Shown here: piece after piece, positions 40,846-56,967 of the stretch
Layout: each line of letters begins with the position of its first letter
Numbering within the stretch: position 1 is the stretch's first letter
NCBI GenBank assembly: GCA_964016885.1
Contig: OZ024753.1
Location: 18,228,001 to 18,292,000 of the forward strand
Reading direction: 5' to 3'
Length of the DNA: 64,000 nt
Source: Eledone cirrhosa
Lineage: Eukaryota
Program-made: the position numbers and the translations under genes
The notes under the pieces: generated by a model
What the model saw: only the letters and a program-made list of their open reading frames with translations
The model's database searches: none
What the model was told of the DNA's origin: nothing

Positions 40846-40922
<77 letters not shown>

Positions 40923-41272
40923 TCAAGACTATAATATATAGTTACATAACTACTATTGATTACTCATAATATTGATTTATTTTGATCAATCAACCTTCTG
41001 AAACGATCGTAAAACAATGAACTGATTCAGTACATAATTTCACCTTTTATTTTCATTGTTTAACACACACATGCGCACACACACACATATATATATATAT
41101 ATGCAGAGGTTATATTTGATTTGTTGGGATTCAGCAAGCTTAAACATTTTTGTAACTGATATAGAGCACTCAACAAGTTAGTAAATGTACTATCTCCACT
41201 ATCCAGGAAGCTCCAACCGTTAAGGTTGTCTTTTTTCCGGGTATGTCAATATTTATTTAAAAAACAAAACTC

Positions 41273-41338
41273 TATTTTATCTGATGAAAGCGCACCATAA
41301 TTTGCCTCTGTTGACCTTGAAATATGTATAATGAAATA
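41273..41338 (+). ncRNA. pLTR HHR (copies at 45439-45503 plus, 52611-52675 plus, 50609-50672 minus; relative at 49015-49072)
   Basis: tattttat-CTGATGA-aag..ctt-GAAA-tatgta-TA-atgaaata; helix II aagcacacc/ggtgtcctt is best preserved at 52.6 kb. Confidence 0.8.
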
Positions 41339-41515
41339 AATATGGTTTTATAAATATAGGTTCCATTTGTTAATATCGTATTTTTACTCCAATTATTTGT
41401 TGAGTGCTTTCTATCAGTTATAAAATATTTGCTTGTTGTATCCCAACAATTTAAATAGAACTTTTACATATATTATGCTCCTGTATTGTCGAGCGCGTTA
41501 TATTATAACTGAAAA

Positions 41516-43716
41516 ATGGAATTCTTTAAGATCTCTTCTTCTCTAAAGGACATACCTTTTCCTAGGAATAAAGATTTTATTAAACAATTAATAGAAAAAT
41601 CAGACTCTTTTATAAAAAGAATCAGGTGGCGTGCTTTCCACTTCGATAAATCTAATCTAAATGAAAATGTCTCCAATCTGGATAAAATCTTCAAATCTAA
41701 AAAAAGTCCACCCCCAACAAACTACTAATGGATTTTGAAAATGATATCATAGCTATCATCCAAAGCATCAAATTCAATAACAACTTCAAAGGCCAGGATT
41801 ACTTAAGAAATATTTAAATAATATTGAAAACTTGGAGAAAACGGAGAAGATTCTAGTCAAGTCTGACAAAACCAATAATATTTACGGAATACAAAAGGAC
41901 ATATATAACGATCTTATATTTAAGGAATTAAGGAAGAAATACAAAGTAGCAAATAATGACGACCTTGAAAAATTGAATACAGATGCCTCTTATATAATGC
42001 ATGAACTAGGCATTGAAAATAAGACACAACCCTTCATGCCAGGGAAACCTAAGATTAATATGAAGGATCACAAAAGGAACTTTGAAACTGATTTACTAGT
42101 CAGATTAATTGTACCATCTAAATCGGACCTTGGCAGACTTAGCAACAATATTTTAGACAGAATAATACCACAAATTAAGAATTTATCTTAATTAAAATTA
42201 TGGAAAGGAACTAGTGAAGTTATCGATTGGTTTAAGGAAATTAAATATAACTATAATAATAAGTTTATTCAGTTGGATATTGCTAACTATTACTCATCTA
42301 TCACTCCTAATCTACTGAATAAAGCAATAACTTACGCATTTAAACATACAGACTTAACTAGCAATGAAATGCACATTATATTATCAGCACGGAAAACATT
42401 AATAGAATTTAATAACCAAATCTGGACTAGGGCAGATAGAAATAATAACTTCGATATAACTATGGGATCATCCGATTCCGCTCAGGTAACGGATCTTGTG
42501 GGCCTCTTTATAAATAATTCTCTACATAGGAAAATACCTGAGATAACCGGAGGTTTATATCGTGACGACATGCTTTACTTATAGAAAATAATAACTATGA
42601 ACTAAATAGAAAAAGAAAACAAATTATACAATTTTTTAATTACCTTAATCTAAATGTAGAAATAGAGAATAACCATAAAATAGTTAACTTTCTAGATGTA
42701 ACAGTAAACCTTAACACATGTCTTCATTATCCATTTCACAAACTAAATGAGAACTTAAACTACGTCAATTTTAACTCTAATCACCCCAGATCCGTTAAAA
42801 AAACTATAGTGAACTCTGTACAGGAACGAATTTCAAGAATTTCAGCTAATAAGAATATATTTGATGAAAAAGCTCATTATTACAACGAAGCGTTAGGTAG
42901 AGCTGGGTATAGAAATACAATTAAATACATTGATAATAATAATATAACAACTAACCATAATCGTAACAATTTTAACTATTTTAACAACTATAATAGAAAA
43001 CCTTACAATAATTCCGAAAACAAAAAAAAAGATATAGAACTAGGAACATATTATGGTTCGCTCTTCCTTTCTCATTAAATATTAAAACCCCTATTGCTAA
43101 ACTATTTGTTAAAGCTCCTGACAAATGCTTCCCTAGAACACATAGATATTATTCAATCTTTAATAGACATACTATAAAATTAACTTATTCTTCCCCAAAA
43201 AACTAAGCGCAAAATATTAATAGAATTAATAATAGAAATTTAAAACCTAACCAAAATACCACTAATAACCCAAGCAATATCCAAATTGATAAATGTAACT
43301 GTAGAAATAAATCTAACTGTCCGTTAAATAACAATTGCTTAGCTAAAAATATAGCATATAATTGTAATGTAAAAACTAATTTAAATTCATTTAATTATGT
43401 GGGATCCACTTCCAGAGAGTTTAAATCCCGCTTCAATAATCATAAAAATTATTTTACAGATCCAAACAAAAAATCTTCAACTTCTCTATCTAGTTTATTA
43501 TGGGACCTCAAACTAAAGAACGTTGAATATTCGTTGATTTGGAATATTATTTAATAAGCTACTCCTTTTAACTCCTCTTCAGAAAATTGTGATCTTTGTA
43601 TAGAGGAAATATTCTTTATATTAAAGACCAAACATTCCCTGAACCTAAGAAACAATTTATTCAGTTGCTGTAGACATAGATTGAACTCAACGTTTAAATA
43701 TAAATTTAAAATGTAA
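41516..43716 (+). pseudogene. PLE reverse transcriptase and GIY-YIG polyprotein with several stops and frameshifts
   Basis: SLKDIP..FIKRIRWRA; KSDKTNN.Y; KDHK.NF..RLI.PSKSDLGR; DIANYYSSI; FDITMGS.D.A.VTDLVGL; GLYRDD; FLDV; SNHP; CNCRNKSNCPLNNNC; YVGST..FKSRFNNH; CDLCIEE; CCRHR. Confidence 0.95.
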
Positions 43717-44787
43717 TATATAATTAATTATTTAATTCTATTAATATATTGAACCTATCGATAAATCATTAGAATCCTTCATTTTTTGACTGCTTATACA
43801 GCCAAGTAAAAAAAACTTCCTAAATATAAATAAATATAATAAACTCTTCTAGGTAAATATACTGAAAGCTCTTAAAAGGGGAAAATATTTTTTGATAGTT
43901 TCTCCTATTTTCGAAAGTTTATCTTTTGAAAGTTTCTTTTTCTTTCTCTTATGGATATAACATTAAGTTAAATATACGTAGAAAATGTTTATACTAAATT
44001 TATTAAACATATTATTATTTTAAAATTATAACTTGAAATATTCTGTAATATTTTTAAAGTTATATTGTTTTAAAGTTATATTTCTTATAATTATATTTCC
44101 AAATCGTAATATAATTCTTTTGTATTTTATGTACTTCAATTATACTATGTACTGTATTTATATATACTTCTCTCTCTATATGTGTGTATATATATATATG
44201 TATGTATGAGTGTATTGATATACATGTACATATGTGTTATGCGTGTATGTCTATCTGTATGTATATATATATATGTGATGCATATCTCTACCTATTTGTG
44301 TGGGTACATATATCTATGTATATGTGGGAATTGTATATGTATATATATGTGTATATGCATACAATTCGATTGCACTTATTTATAGGAATTATCCCAATGT
44401 TCGTGACAAATAAACATATAATAACAGTCATAACTACATAACAGGTAATCTTATAAAACTTATATAAAAAAAAATTGTTTAATAACATAAAGAGTGTATA
44501 ACATAAAATTTCCTTTAATATCTTAACAGTTGTAACATTTATATAACTAAATAATGTAATTTTACTTCACGCTGCTTTGATATGACATTGAAATAATTTT
44601 CTCTGATTTTATAAGATTCCTATATCTTAAATTAAAAAATCCTTTATATTTTGTATGTATATATTATATACGTAGTTAGATATGTATATATATATATTTA
44701 TACGCGTGTATATATATTTATATGTATGTATTTTTGCGTGTGTATATGTGTTATATAATATATAGATTTTTAATAATATAATCATAA

Positions 44788-44979
44788 TAATTGTTTCTAC
44801 TTTTGGCACAAGGCCAGCAATTCACCAGTGTATTACTGGTACTTTATTTTATCGACCCCGTAAGGATGAAAGGCAAAGTTAACCTCGGCGGGATTTGAAC
44901 TCAGAATGGCAAGGGCCGTAACTCTATGCGTCAAAGCATTGCGTCCGACCTTCTACCGGTACTGCCAATCCACCGCCCT
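44788..44979 (-). mobile_element. SINE family A inserted in the Naiad-like 3' UTR
   Basis: Full SINE; absent from the paralogous site near 52135. Confidence 0.9.
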
Positions 44980-45696
44980 TAGTCTTAATAATAGTATATA
45001 GATTTCTTAATATATAGATCCCAATTTTGAATGTATTGATCTCAATATTTTAACTGATTAACTAAACATCTAATCATATTTAAACAATGGTTAAATTTCT
45101 CATAGTATATATGTACCTTCTATTCATGATTATTAACATTTCTAATTTTATTCATTCATTTCATCTCAAATGTTAAGGTAACTCAACAAGATCTGACTTA
45201 GAGGTTTCGCTCTCTCTCCTTTCTATTTCTCCTCTTTCTCTCTTTTTTTCTCTGTTGTTCTGCTCTCTCTCTTTCTTTCTCTTTCTCCGTAACCCAACGG
45301 CTTATTTTAAAATATCCAATACTAACTTACCTAATAGTATAATTAAAGATATGACTCGACTATCCGGGAGCTTCCAACAGTAATGGTTGCATTCCTTATG
45401 GGTATGTCAATATTTATTTATAGAACTGCTCTATATTATATTTTATCTGATGAAAGCACACCATAATTTAACTTGTTGGCCTTGAAATATGTATAATGAA
45501 ATAAATATGGTTTTATAAATATAGTTTCCATTTGTTAATATCGTATTTTTACTCCAATTATTTGTTGAGTGTTATAAAGGTATTTGCTTGTTGTGTCCCA
45601 ACAATTTGTATAGAAATTTTACATATATATATATATATATATACATATACACATATATATACACACACATATATATATATATATACATTCATACAT

Positions 45697-45778
<82 letters not shown>

Positions 45779-45779
45779 T

Positions 45780-45831
<52 letters not shown>

Positions 45832-46033
45832 ATATATATATATACATAGCAATATTCCGAGCAATATAAGGAATACTTGTGATTATTTATGTCCTTGAGA
45901 AGCCCAACTGGGCGAAACGTACGTAGGTGCTGTTTTAAATAAACATGTTTTAACGGTCTATTCTCCGATTTTTTACTTTCCACGTATATATATATACATA
46001 TATATATATATATACATTCATACATACACACAC

Positions 46034-46147
<114 letters not shown>

Positions 46148-46177
46148 TGGTATGTGAAGGAAAATGGTGAGATAGAT

Positions 46178-47005
<828 letters not shown>

Positions 47006-47017
47006 TAATGGTAGCTA

Positions 47018-47081
<64 letters not shown>

Positions 47082-47092
47082 AATGGTAGCTA

Positions 47093-47151
<59 letters not shown>

Positions 47152-47244
47152 GGTAGCTAAGATGACTAATCGTAGCTACTGAGTGCTCTACCACTATGGA
47201 TATTACCTTCCAGTGTTCTACCGATATATATATATATATATATA

Positions 47245-47826
47245 AGTAAAAATTAGCGAGAATCGAATTTCAGCCCATGAATTAACGAGAATCATCACTT
47301 TCGAGTTGTGAGGCAAGCGCTCGATAATTCATATGAATTAGAGCTTACAACTTACGTTAAAGCCCAAACACACTGAGATGGTGGTTAAACTAATCATCCA
47401 CACAGCGAAGATTCGATCTCCTATTTCGGGTCAAACAGATATACAGATATAAAAATATATAAAAATATAAATGGTTAAAAGCTTACCCGGACCCCTGGAA
47501 TTATGGTTTGGGTTTGGGTTTCTGCGGCTCCATAAGTCATTTACTGTCCACTTACGTAAAGGATGTTAGGTTTCTTGTATCATGACTGAACTGGGAGTGC
47601 GCGTTGTCAACGGGATTCAGTTCGAAAGTTCACATAAATGTGTCTGTAACTGACCGCATGTGGGGTTCAGCAAGGGAGGCAACACCTATATTAGGCGAAT
47701 GAATTCAGTTGTGTATAATATTGCGAAAATGCAAAATATCACAAATCGAATAAAGCTCTCGGCAGAGTGGTTAAATATAACAAAGCTATTCGGCAGTCAA
47801 TAGAATAGACCAAAAACAATCAATAA
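47245..47826. mobile_element. Third copy of the non-coding family at 4970 and 7950
   Basis: Collinear with 7950-8515; (TA)n at both ends. Confidence 0.8.
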
Positions 47827-47828
47827 AA

Positions 47829-47867
<39 letters not shown>

Positions 47868-47868
<1 letters not shown>

Positions 47869-48945
47869 TAGCAGTAAAGCCCGGCGTTGCTCGGGGTCGC
47901 TCAGTAGCTGTGTTAAAGTTACAATGTTAAGTTTCTTTCTTGGCTTAAAACTGTAGTGTCTACTGTGCAGACTTGCATGTGGTGTTTTTGATTAATATTC
48001 CCTCAACCAACAATATGCCTTATGACGTTAAGAAAACATAACGATAACCCGAATGTTATAACAAAAGAGGATGCTGGGGATAGAAACTGCACTGGTTATT
48101 TATTAACAAAGATCGAAAAAGTAAACACTGCAACGCAGAGAAAAACATTAGCGTAACCAAATTATCAGTTATGTCTGTCTGCACGCCTATATCACCTCTC
48201 TGCACGACTGTCTGACTGCACGCCTATATCACCTCTCTGCACGACTGTATGTCTGCACGCCTATATCACCTCTCTGCACGACTGTCTGTCTGCACGCGTA
48301 TATCACCTCTCTGCACGACTGTCTGTCTGCACGCCTATATCACCTCTCTGCACGACTGTCTGTCTGCACCCCTATATCACCTCTCTGCACGAATGTCTGC
48401 CTGCACCCATATATCACCTCTCTGCACGACTGTCTGTCTGCACGCCTATATCACCTCTCTGCACGACTGTCTGTCTGCACGCCTATATCACCTCTCTGCA
48501 CGACTGTCTGTCTGCACGCCTAACTAAATTTACAGATACATATATTTTAAATAAACTTATATAATTTTTGCTTTTTTTTACGAAATATTTGCTTGTTTTA
48601 CGTAGTCTTTAAATAGACTTGTTTTCAAGTAAAAATATTGTTTTAAAAGGCTTTTAAATGGAAATGAAGCAAAACGGAAGCTTATGTAAAGAGAACGTAA
48701 GACGCTACGCTGAATGTAAACAGAACAAAGGGAAATAACTGATCACTTACGCTCAAAAATCGATACATTATATTCGATTTCGTCAGATAGGGCGGATCAA
48801 TTTGAAATATTTTTTTTCCGATGTCTTCGCTAGGGCTCAATGTACAAGTATAGCAATTTCGGTGCAATTCCGTGAGAGATTCTAAGAGGAGATGTGTGCC
48901 AAAAATCGATAGACAGACAGACAACCACAGTTTTATATATATAGA
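47868..48945 (-). mobile_element. Non-autonomous Helitron
   Basis: Minus strand reads A|TCtatatatataaa..(GTCT)n ... hairpin cccgagcaacgccggg .. CTAG|T; no target-site duplication. Confidence 0.85.
48172..48520. repeat. 37-bp minisatellite x ~9.4 inside the Helitron
   Basis: Unit tgtctgtctgcacgcctatatcacctctctgcacgac. Confidence 0.95.
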
Positions 48946-49516
48946 TAAGTAGAAGGGGTATTTAATTTGTTGGAAGACCGACAAATATAAATGTTTATAA
49001 CTGATTTAGAGCACTTTCTGATGAAAGCGTAACAATGTGTCATGGTACCCTTGAAATATATATAATAAAATAAATATTCTTTTATAAATATAGTTTCCAT
49101 TTATTTAATATCATTGTATATATATATATATACATAAAATCTGGAGTCTTCACCCTAATATTATAAATTAAATATTTTCAAATGTAACCGTTTAACTTTC
49201 GAAAAATATATACCCCTCCCCCACCCCACACACACACTTTCTTTTTCCCTCTTTATAAATCCTTTTCCAGTGGCTATCACTGGCTGTTATGATTCATGAG
49301 ACGTTTTCCTAAATATATCGTAGTATCATACACTTTAAGACTTTTACAACAGTTACAGTATGCAACGTTCTTTATTTCTCACACATTCTCTAATGAATTT
49401 ATTACATTTTCGCATCTTCTCATAAATAGGATATAAGTAAAATTTTCTCTTGGGTTAATCACTACCTTGATTAAATCTTAACCATTTAACATCTCAGGTT
49501 ATGTCATGTATCATTA

Positions 49517-49570
49517 TATTTTGTCTGATGAGGACGTACTGTTGTACATCCGAAATATGTATAATAAAAT
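49517..49570 (+). ncRNA. Type I HHR with canonical core in a solo pLTR (~49450-49620)
   Basis: attttgt-CTGATGA-ggacgtac/gtacatcc-GAAA-tatgta-TA-ataaaat. Confidence 0.85.
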
Positions 49571-50476
49571 GTAATTGATCAAAAGAACATCTATTTTATT
49601 AATACTTATATTTTAATATATATATACATATATACATTTAGACAAGGATTCTTGTAAACCTCTAACTTGTTGGGTACCACGGAAAAAATACACTTTGGTA
49701 TTTCTTTCGGCGTACGAACAGAAAAAAAATCTGTGTTCACACATGTTCAATTTAAAAGCAATGAATGCACGATGTATCAAAATGAATCATCTGAAAGTAA
49801 TCAGACTGAAAGGCATGTCAACATTGTAAATAATTTTTTTTTAAATCATAAAAGTCATACAACGGAATAAAATTTTATATTCAGGCATATATTCTACAAG
49901 TTCCCACATGGTTATATGGTGATTTATTTCAAATATATAACCTTTTGAAATCAGATTCTTTGTGATATATTCTGTCTAACACCTACCTGCAGTTGTAGTT
50001 ATTTTAAATTTATCTTAGATTCTCTGATATACATATACGGTACATAAACATTCTTATTTGTTATGCATATATTTTAAAGCCATTTCCCTTTTTATATGAC
50101 TCTACAATCATGTCCTATTGTTCTATACATAATAAGACACGTATATGTGCTATCATCTAGATAAAACATATATATGTGTTTGTGGGTTTTTTTGTTTGTA
50201 AAGAAATATTTAACAAGTCCTTTCAAATAATAGCCTCCGTCTGAATAGATATTTCCATCCAATTTTTCTTCTAACCTGGTACTATTATATCACTTCTTGT
50301 GAGTTTGATTCAATAATCTTGCGAGAGGCGCACGGATGAATGTTGGCATATTTCGCTTTAAGATGCTATAATATAGTTTCAAACACATACACTACTAAAG
50401 ACAGAACCTCCCCTTTGTGTGTGTATATCTATCTCTTCATTTCTCTCTCTTTCTTTCTTTCTCAGTATATATATAT

Positions 50477-52717
50477 ATGTAAAAGTTCTATTTAAATTAT
50501 TGGGATACAACAAGCAAATATTTTTATAACTGATATAAAGCACTCAACAAATATTTGGAGTAAAAATACGATATTAACAAATGGAAACTACATTTATAAA
50601 ACCATATTTATTTCATTATACATATTTCAAGACACCAAGTTAAATTATGGTGTGCTTTAATCAGATAAAATATAATATAGATCAGTTTTATAAATAACCC
50701 AAGCAATATCCAATTTGATAAATGTAACTGTAGAAATAAATCTAACTGTCCGTTAAATAACAATTGCTTAGCTAAAAATATAGCATATAATTGTAATGTA
50801 AAAACTAATTTAAATTCATTTAATTATGTGGGATTCACTTCCACAGAATTTAAATCCCGCTTCAATAATCATAAAAATTGTTTTACAGATCCAAACAAAA
50901 AATCTTCAACTTCTCTAACTAGCCTATTATGGGATCTCAAACTAAAGAACGTTGAATATTCGTTGATTTGGAATATTATTTCATAAGCTACTCCTTTTAA
51001 CTCCTCTTCAGAAAATTGTGATCTTTGTATAGAGGAAATATTCTTTATATTAAAGACCAAAAATTCCCTGAACTTAAGAAATAATTTATTCGGTTGCTGT
51101 AGACATAGATTAAACGCAACGTTTAAATATAAATATAAATTTAAAATGTAATATATAATTAATTAATTAATTTTATTAATATATTGAACCTGTCGATAAA
51201 TCATTAGTTTCGTTCATATTTTTTTGACTGATTATACACTCAAGTAAAAATAAATTTTCTTCCTAAATATAAATAAATAAAAAAATTTAATAAACTATTC
51301 TAGAGAAATATACTGAGAGCTCTTGATTGGAGAAAATATTTCTTATATTTTTATTTTTATTGTCTGATAGCTCCTCCTATTTTCGAAAGTTTATCCTTTC
51401 AAAGTTTCTGTTTGTTTCTCTTATGGATATAATATTAAGTTAAATATAAGTAGAACATTTCTATACTAAATCTATTAAACATACTATTATTTTGAAATTA
51501 TAACTTACAATATTCTATAATATTTTAAAATGATATTGTTTTTAAAGTTATATTGCTTATAATTATATTTCCAAATCGTAATATAATTCTTTTGTATTTT
51601 AGGTACTCAATTATACTATGTACTGTATTTATATATACTTCTCTCTATATTTGTGTATATATGTGTGTATTGACATACATGTACATATGTTTTATGCGTA
51701 TATGTCTATCTGTGTGTATATATATATATACCTTTTGCGTATCTACCTATTTTTGATTGTACATGTATGTATATATATGTGGGAATTGTGTATGTACATG
51801 TGCATGTACATGTGCGTGTATATCCACAGAATTCGATTTCACTTATGTATAGTGATTATCCCAAGATTCGTGACAGATCGACATATAATAACAGCCATAA
51901 ATACATAACAGGTAATCTTATAAAACTTATATAAAAAAAATTTGTTTAATATCTTAACAATTATAACAGTTTATAAGATTCCAATATCTTAAATTAAATT
52001 AAAGAATCCTTTATGTGTTGTATGTATATATTATATACGTAGTTAGATATATATATGTATTTTATAAGTGTGTATATATATTTATATGTATGTATTTTTG
52101 CGTGTGTATACGTGTTATATAATGTTTAGATTTTAATAATATATGGATTTCTTAATATATAGATCCCAATTTTTTAATATATTGATCTCAATATTTAACT
52201 GATTAACTGAACATCTAATCATATTTAAACAATGGTTAAATTTCTCATATTATATATGTATATTCCATTCATGATTATTAACATTTCTAATTTTATTAAC
52301 ATTTCTAATTTTATTTATTCATTTCATATCAATTGTTAAGTTAACTCAACAAGATATGACTTAGAGTTTTTCGTTCTCTCATTTTCTCTGTCTCCTCTCT
52401 CTCTATATATTTATCTCTTTGTTGTTCTGTTCTTTCTCTCTCTTTCCTTCTCTATCTTTCTCTTTCTCCGTAACCACTCGGCTTATTTTAAAAATATACA
52501 ATACTAATAATATAATTAAGCTACAACTCCATTATCCGGGAGCTTCAAACACTAATGGTTGCATTCTTTAAGGGTATGTCAATATTTATTTATAAAACTG
52601 ATCTATATTATATTTTATCTGATGAAAGCACACCATAATTTAACTTGGTGTCCTTGAAATATGTATAATGAAATAAATATGGTTTTATAAATATAGTTTC
52701 CATTTGTTAATATCGTA
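50477..52717 (+). mobile_element. 5'-truncated second copy of the 41 kb Naiad-like element with an inverted pLTR at its 5' end
   Basis: 50477-50695 is the pLTR on the minus strand; 50694-51150 is GIY-YIG matching 43266-43716; 3' UTR and pLTR run to 52717. Confidence 0.92.
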
Positions 52718-52953
52718 AATATATATATATATATATTTGTAAAAGGTAAACAGAAATAACAATACAATCGGTACAGTATATGGAAGGAATATATCAGGGT
52801 AACGCTTGATATAGCAGGAAGAGGGTCTAGATATGCCGGACGTTAGTACTATATATACCTGTATATCTATATACGTGATTACCTGTATATCTATTTATTT
52901 ATCCATTTCTCTCTCTCTCTCTCTCTCTCTCTCACTTGCACTCTACACTCTCA

Positions 52954-53016
<63 letters not shown>

Positions 53017-53222
53017 ACTCTCTGTCTAAATACGTGAGAATCTGTATACCTATCTGCCAATCTACCCCTCTATCCTTGGAAATGGAGAGTTTTTATTACA
53101 ATGTTTGTACTCATGAGCTCTAATAATCACAACCCCCAGCACAAATTGAATCATGACAACACTATATATTTAAATTTCATGTCCAATCCATGTAGAAAGA
53201 ATAAAAGAAAACAAGAGAGAGA

Positions 53223-53262
<40 letters not shown>

Positions 53263-55064
53263 TAATAACTAGTAATAGATTGACATATATATATATAAAA
53301 TAAACATATGAAACAATCACAGGGAATAATTTGTAAAGAATGTAAGCACACATAGCTAGGTACGTAACTAATTAAAGTTTAACTAGAACTTCAAATATAG
53401 AGACCTTGTAAAATGATTAATCTCTTTTGTATATATTTCTTTAAGTAAGAAATATATTTCACCAATTAATTCGTAAATCACAGCAGTTAAATTCGTGGAT
53501 ATTCACCAAAGGAGAAGAAGATAACCCTCTGTGTTTACAAAGCAAATGCAAATCTGTGAATGACTCGAACCACGTGTTGTATTTTTTTTAAATACACACA
53601 TTGCACAACGTCATCCCAGTGGTGTGAATAGGACCATCGACAGCCAGAAATAGTAGCCGAGTCTATTCAACTGAATTAGCTCAACAATTAAGGGGCCGTA
53701 TATATATCCAAAATTAAAATTAAGGGTTGTCATGTCTGAGAGACATGCGTGAATTTGAACATCCAAAGGAAATATGAAGATTTCTTTGGAAAATGTTTCT
53801 TTACATTTCTAATTGAACTTGCCTCGTCCAACTGACAACACTTCCGCGGAAACGACTGTTATATAATCCATGATTTATTCAGAATATAAAGTCGATCGTG
53901 TAACAACTAATATCACGAGAGATTAACAACTGTAAGGAATTGATGGACGTATATGTGTTCTCTCCCATCCATTTTGTATTTCATTTGTGCATAAACGAAC
54001 AATTGACATTTTGTCCAGTGTAACACAGGCTTAATATTGTAAAAGCCATCCACTCAAGCGTAAATGAGTGTCCGATAAAACGTTTAGTTTGATATGGTAA
54101 AACTAATCAGGTGTAAAACTAATCAGGTTTTAACAGATTTTCCTATCGTAAATCTCTATAGGGTTTCCAAATTCTTTTCAAGAAACCTGTATTCATTCGA
54201 TTTACGCTCCTATTTGAAACTCAATATGCCTCAACAGAATTGTTTACATTTTCCAGTATATACCATTACTTATTTATCTCGTTTCTGATGGGATCTTCTT
54301 TCATTATTCCGACATATGCTGTTTTCTTTGTGCCCAGTACCGGTACATGTTCCCCGGTATTTCATTAATGTTTTAAAATATGCTTTCTTCCACAGGCTTT
54401 GTACCATTTTCTCTGATTTTTTTCTTGTTTCAGTAATAGTTCAGAAGTTTAGTTAATCTTACAAATCTTGGAATCTGGAAAGAACAGAAACAGACTCAAA
54501 TTCTGTCATTGTGATGATCGTTGTCATAACTCAACCCAACCCCTAAAACCACAAAGGTGATGCGCAATCTTATTCCAATGTTAGAAATCTTCATCATCAT
54601 TAGTATGAAGAGCAGGAATAAATGGAGGCTTATAATAGAAACTTCCTTTTATTTCCTGGAGTTACTTCAGCAACTGGGATCTTGAAAACATATTTCGAGT
54701 ACCTGTCTGGCCAGAGAAAGGATATCGGTAATAACCTTTAGATGCGCAGATATGATATGCCATACCTCCCACAGAATTCATGTAGAGCTGCCAACATACT
54801 ATTGGTTAAATATACAATAGCAGTCTGTCTGTCGCACCTCTGTACTCTGCAAATCAGATCCTACTAAATATAGTTCTCTCAGTGCATGACGTCCCGGCGG
54901 TCGATTTGATTCCACCTGAATGTTTTTACTGTTATAAACACCATTCCTTTTCTTCATATTAATTCTACTTTCACGGACATACAAATTCTACTCATCATCG
55001 TTGTAAAGTAACGGGGCAATGCAAAATGACGAAATAATCTCTTGTTCTTGGTGTTCTTTCACTT

Positions 55065-55412
55065 CTCATAGACTCCTTAACAATGTTAGCTTCCCCTTTC
55101 ATACTTACGGGATTGTAAAATAAAGTACCAGTAATGCACTGAGGACAATTTAATAGACTTTACCCCCCCCCCCCCAATTATTATTATTAGTAGTAGTATT
55201 AAGGTGGTGGATTGGCTCGATCGGTAGAGCGTCAGACAACATGCTTTGCAGTATGGCCCTTACGGCCCTTCATGTTCATAGTTGAACTCCCACCGAGGTT
55301 AACTTTGCTTTTCATCCTTACGTGCTCGATAAAATAAATACCAGTAACGATTTAATCAACTTTCCCCACCCCCAATATTGCTAGCCTTGTGCCTATATAA
55401 GGAAGCATTATT
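55065..55412 (+). mobile_element. SINE family A: partial (55065-55180) and full (55202-55412) copies
   Basis: Core, A and B boxes, (att)n tails. Confidence 0.85.
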
Positions 55413-56181
55413 ATTATTATTATGTGCTCATCCGAACCGGCATGTTATGTTCATTATTTTTGGTTTTCTTGTCAGGTTGTGTAAATTTATTTTCAACGAA
55501 ATAAAAAGTGCATTTTATCATTTACACATCGTTTAAATATAAATAAATAAATAAATAAATGAACAATTTAAAAATATGTGTTTGAAACATATTTGTCTTC
55601 GACGTGTTTCATAAACATTACTGGTGTTAAAGCAAAGCAGCAACACTCCAAAAATACACATACAAACAGATGAAGAGAATAGTATAAATAAATTAAAATA
55701 GTGCCTATATTTACCGGATAAAGATAGGGCTAAAATGAAGTTTCACTAGTATATAAATGTTACTAACATAATTTTTAGACAGTATTAGAAAAGAAGAACA
55801 AAACAAATATTAACGGAGTAAAGAAATAATTCTTAGTCTGTTTCAGTTTGTTTCAGGTAAGAAAATGGACAATTGATATTGTGGTGAGTTTTCTACAATG
55901 CAGAAGATAACAACATTATGACACGTAAACTTATACTTCTTTACTAACGAAGAACTCAAGGGAAATAAAACAATTTTTCGTTTTGCTCATGTCAAGCATA
56001 ATCAGTCGTTGAACAGGTTTTACTTGAAGAAATATTAATTTGTTTCGCTGTTATTGGCAAAGGAATGTAATATGATGTACAGTGACAATTTGGAACATAT
56101 ATTCTACACATATGTGAAAAATCTGGTATCACCCTATATGATCTAGCTGCTCATAGAAGTTGCTTCCTATGATTGCAAGAT

Positions 56182-56366
56182 AATTGTTTCTACTTTTGGA
56201 ACAAGGCCAGCAATTATCCCAGTGTATTACTGGTACTTTATTTTATCGACCCTGTAAGGATGAAAGGCAAAGTTAACCTCGGCGGGATTTCAACGCAGAC
56301 CATAAAGGAACAAAACTGTGCTGCAAAGCATGGCGTCCGACCCTCTACCGATACTGCCAATCCACC
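56182..56366 (-). mobile_element. SINE family A with ~19 bp target-site duplication
   Basis: cctatgattgcaagataat on both sides. Confidence 0.92.
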
Positions 56367-56761
56367 TATGATTGCAAGATAATGTACTTAAAAAAGAGAT
56401 GCTACGGGGGACCTTTCTCTCCCGAACAATCATCTAGATTTCTGGAGACAAAACCCTTCAGTGCCTGCATGAATTCGTTAGAGAGAGCGAAGTTCATAAA
56501 AATAGCAGCGTGTTCGCATTCAATGCATTTCTACCTAATATTTTATCTTTGATTTTTTTTCCTTTTAATATATGTTGTTATATGTATATATGTTTCAGTG
56601 TTTATCCAAATTTTAACCAGTGTCGAATTTAGTATTCTAATGCATCATTACATTTATAAAAAGTTGCGCTAAAGAAATACAGCCATACATCACATATTGC
56701 GGTAGCTGGGATATAATCAGAATTTTAAAGAGTGTATAGATATTTATTATATATAATCGTA

Positions 56762-56868
56762 TCCCGCCAAACTTAACTTTGCCTTTCATCCTTACGGGGT
56801 CGATAAAATAACGTACCAGTAATACACTGGTATAATTGCTGGCCTTGTGCCAAAAGTAGAAACAATTA
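56762..56868 (+). mobile_element. SINE family A 3' half
   Basis: Core and tail. Confidence 0.85.
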
Positions 56869-56967
56869 TATATAATCTTATTGTATATGCTTCCGTATAT
56901 GTTTCTAGTCTGACCCACATTATGGCGTTTGGATTCTGTGCATCGATTGGTTATTCATTAGGCGATA

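Larger units (their letters stand above)
41105..45620 (+). mobile_element. Near-full-length decayed Naiad-like Penelope element with HHR-containing pLTRs at both ends
   Basis: pLTRs ~41195-41470 and ~45360-45622; short inverted pLTR piece at 41115-41185; RT-GIY-YIG coding region between them. Confidence 0.92.

Noticed and set aside
45892-45928. HHR-like cc-TTGAGA-a-gccca/tgggc-GAAA-cgtacg-TA-gg (similar weak cases at 15470, 24515, 36550)
   Set aside because: The 3' half is suggestive but the core is too degenerate to list as a feature; probably decayed HHRs
48172-48520. 37-bp repeats (and the 22-bp array at 46533) as a CRISPR array
   Set aside because: Head-to-tail units with no unique spacers, no cas genes and a eukaryotic context
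53400-55060. Unique-looking sequence with a possible minus-strand splice acceptor (~54473) and a KWYKACGRK peptide (THAP-like)
   Set aside because: Frames close quickly and no coherent exon or domain could be built; BLASTX or RNA-seq is needed
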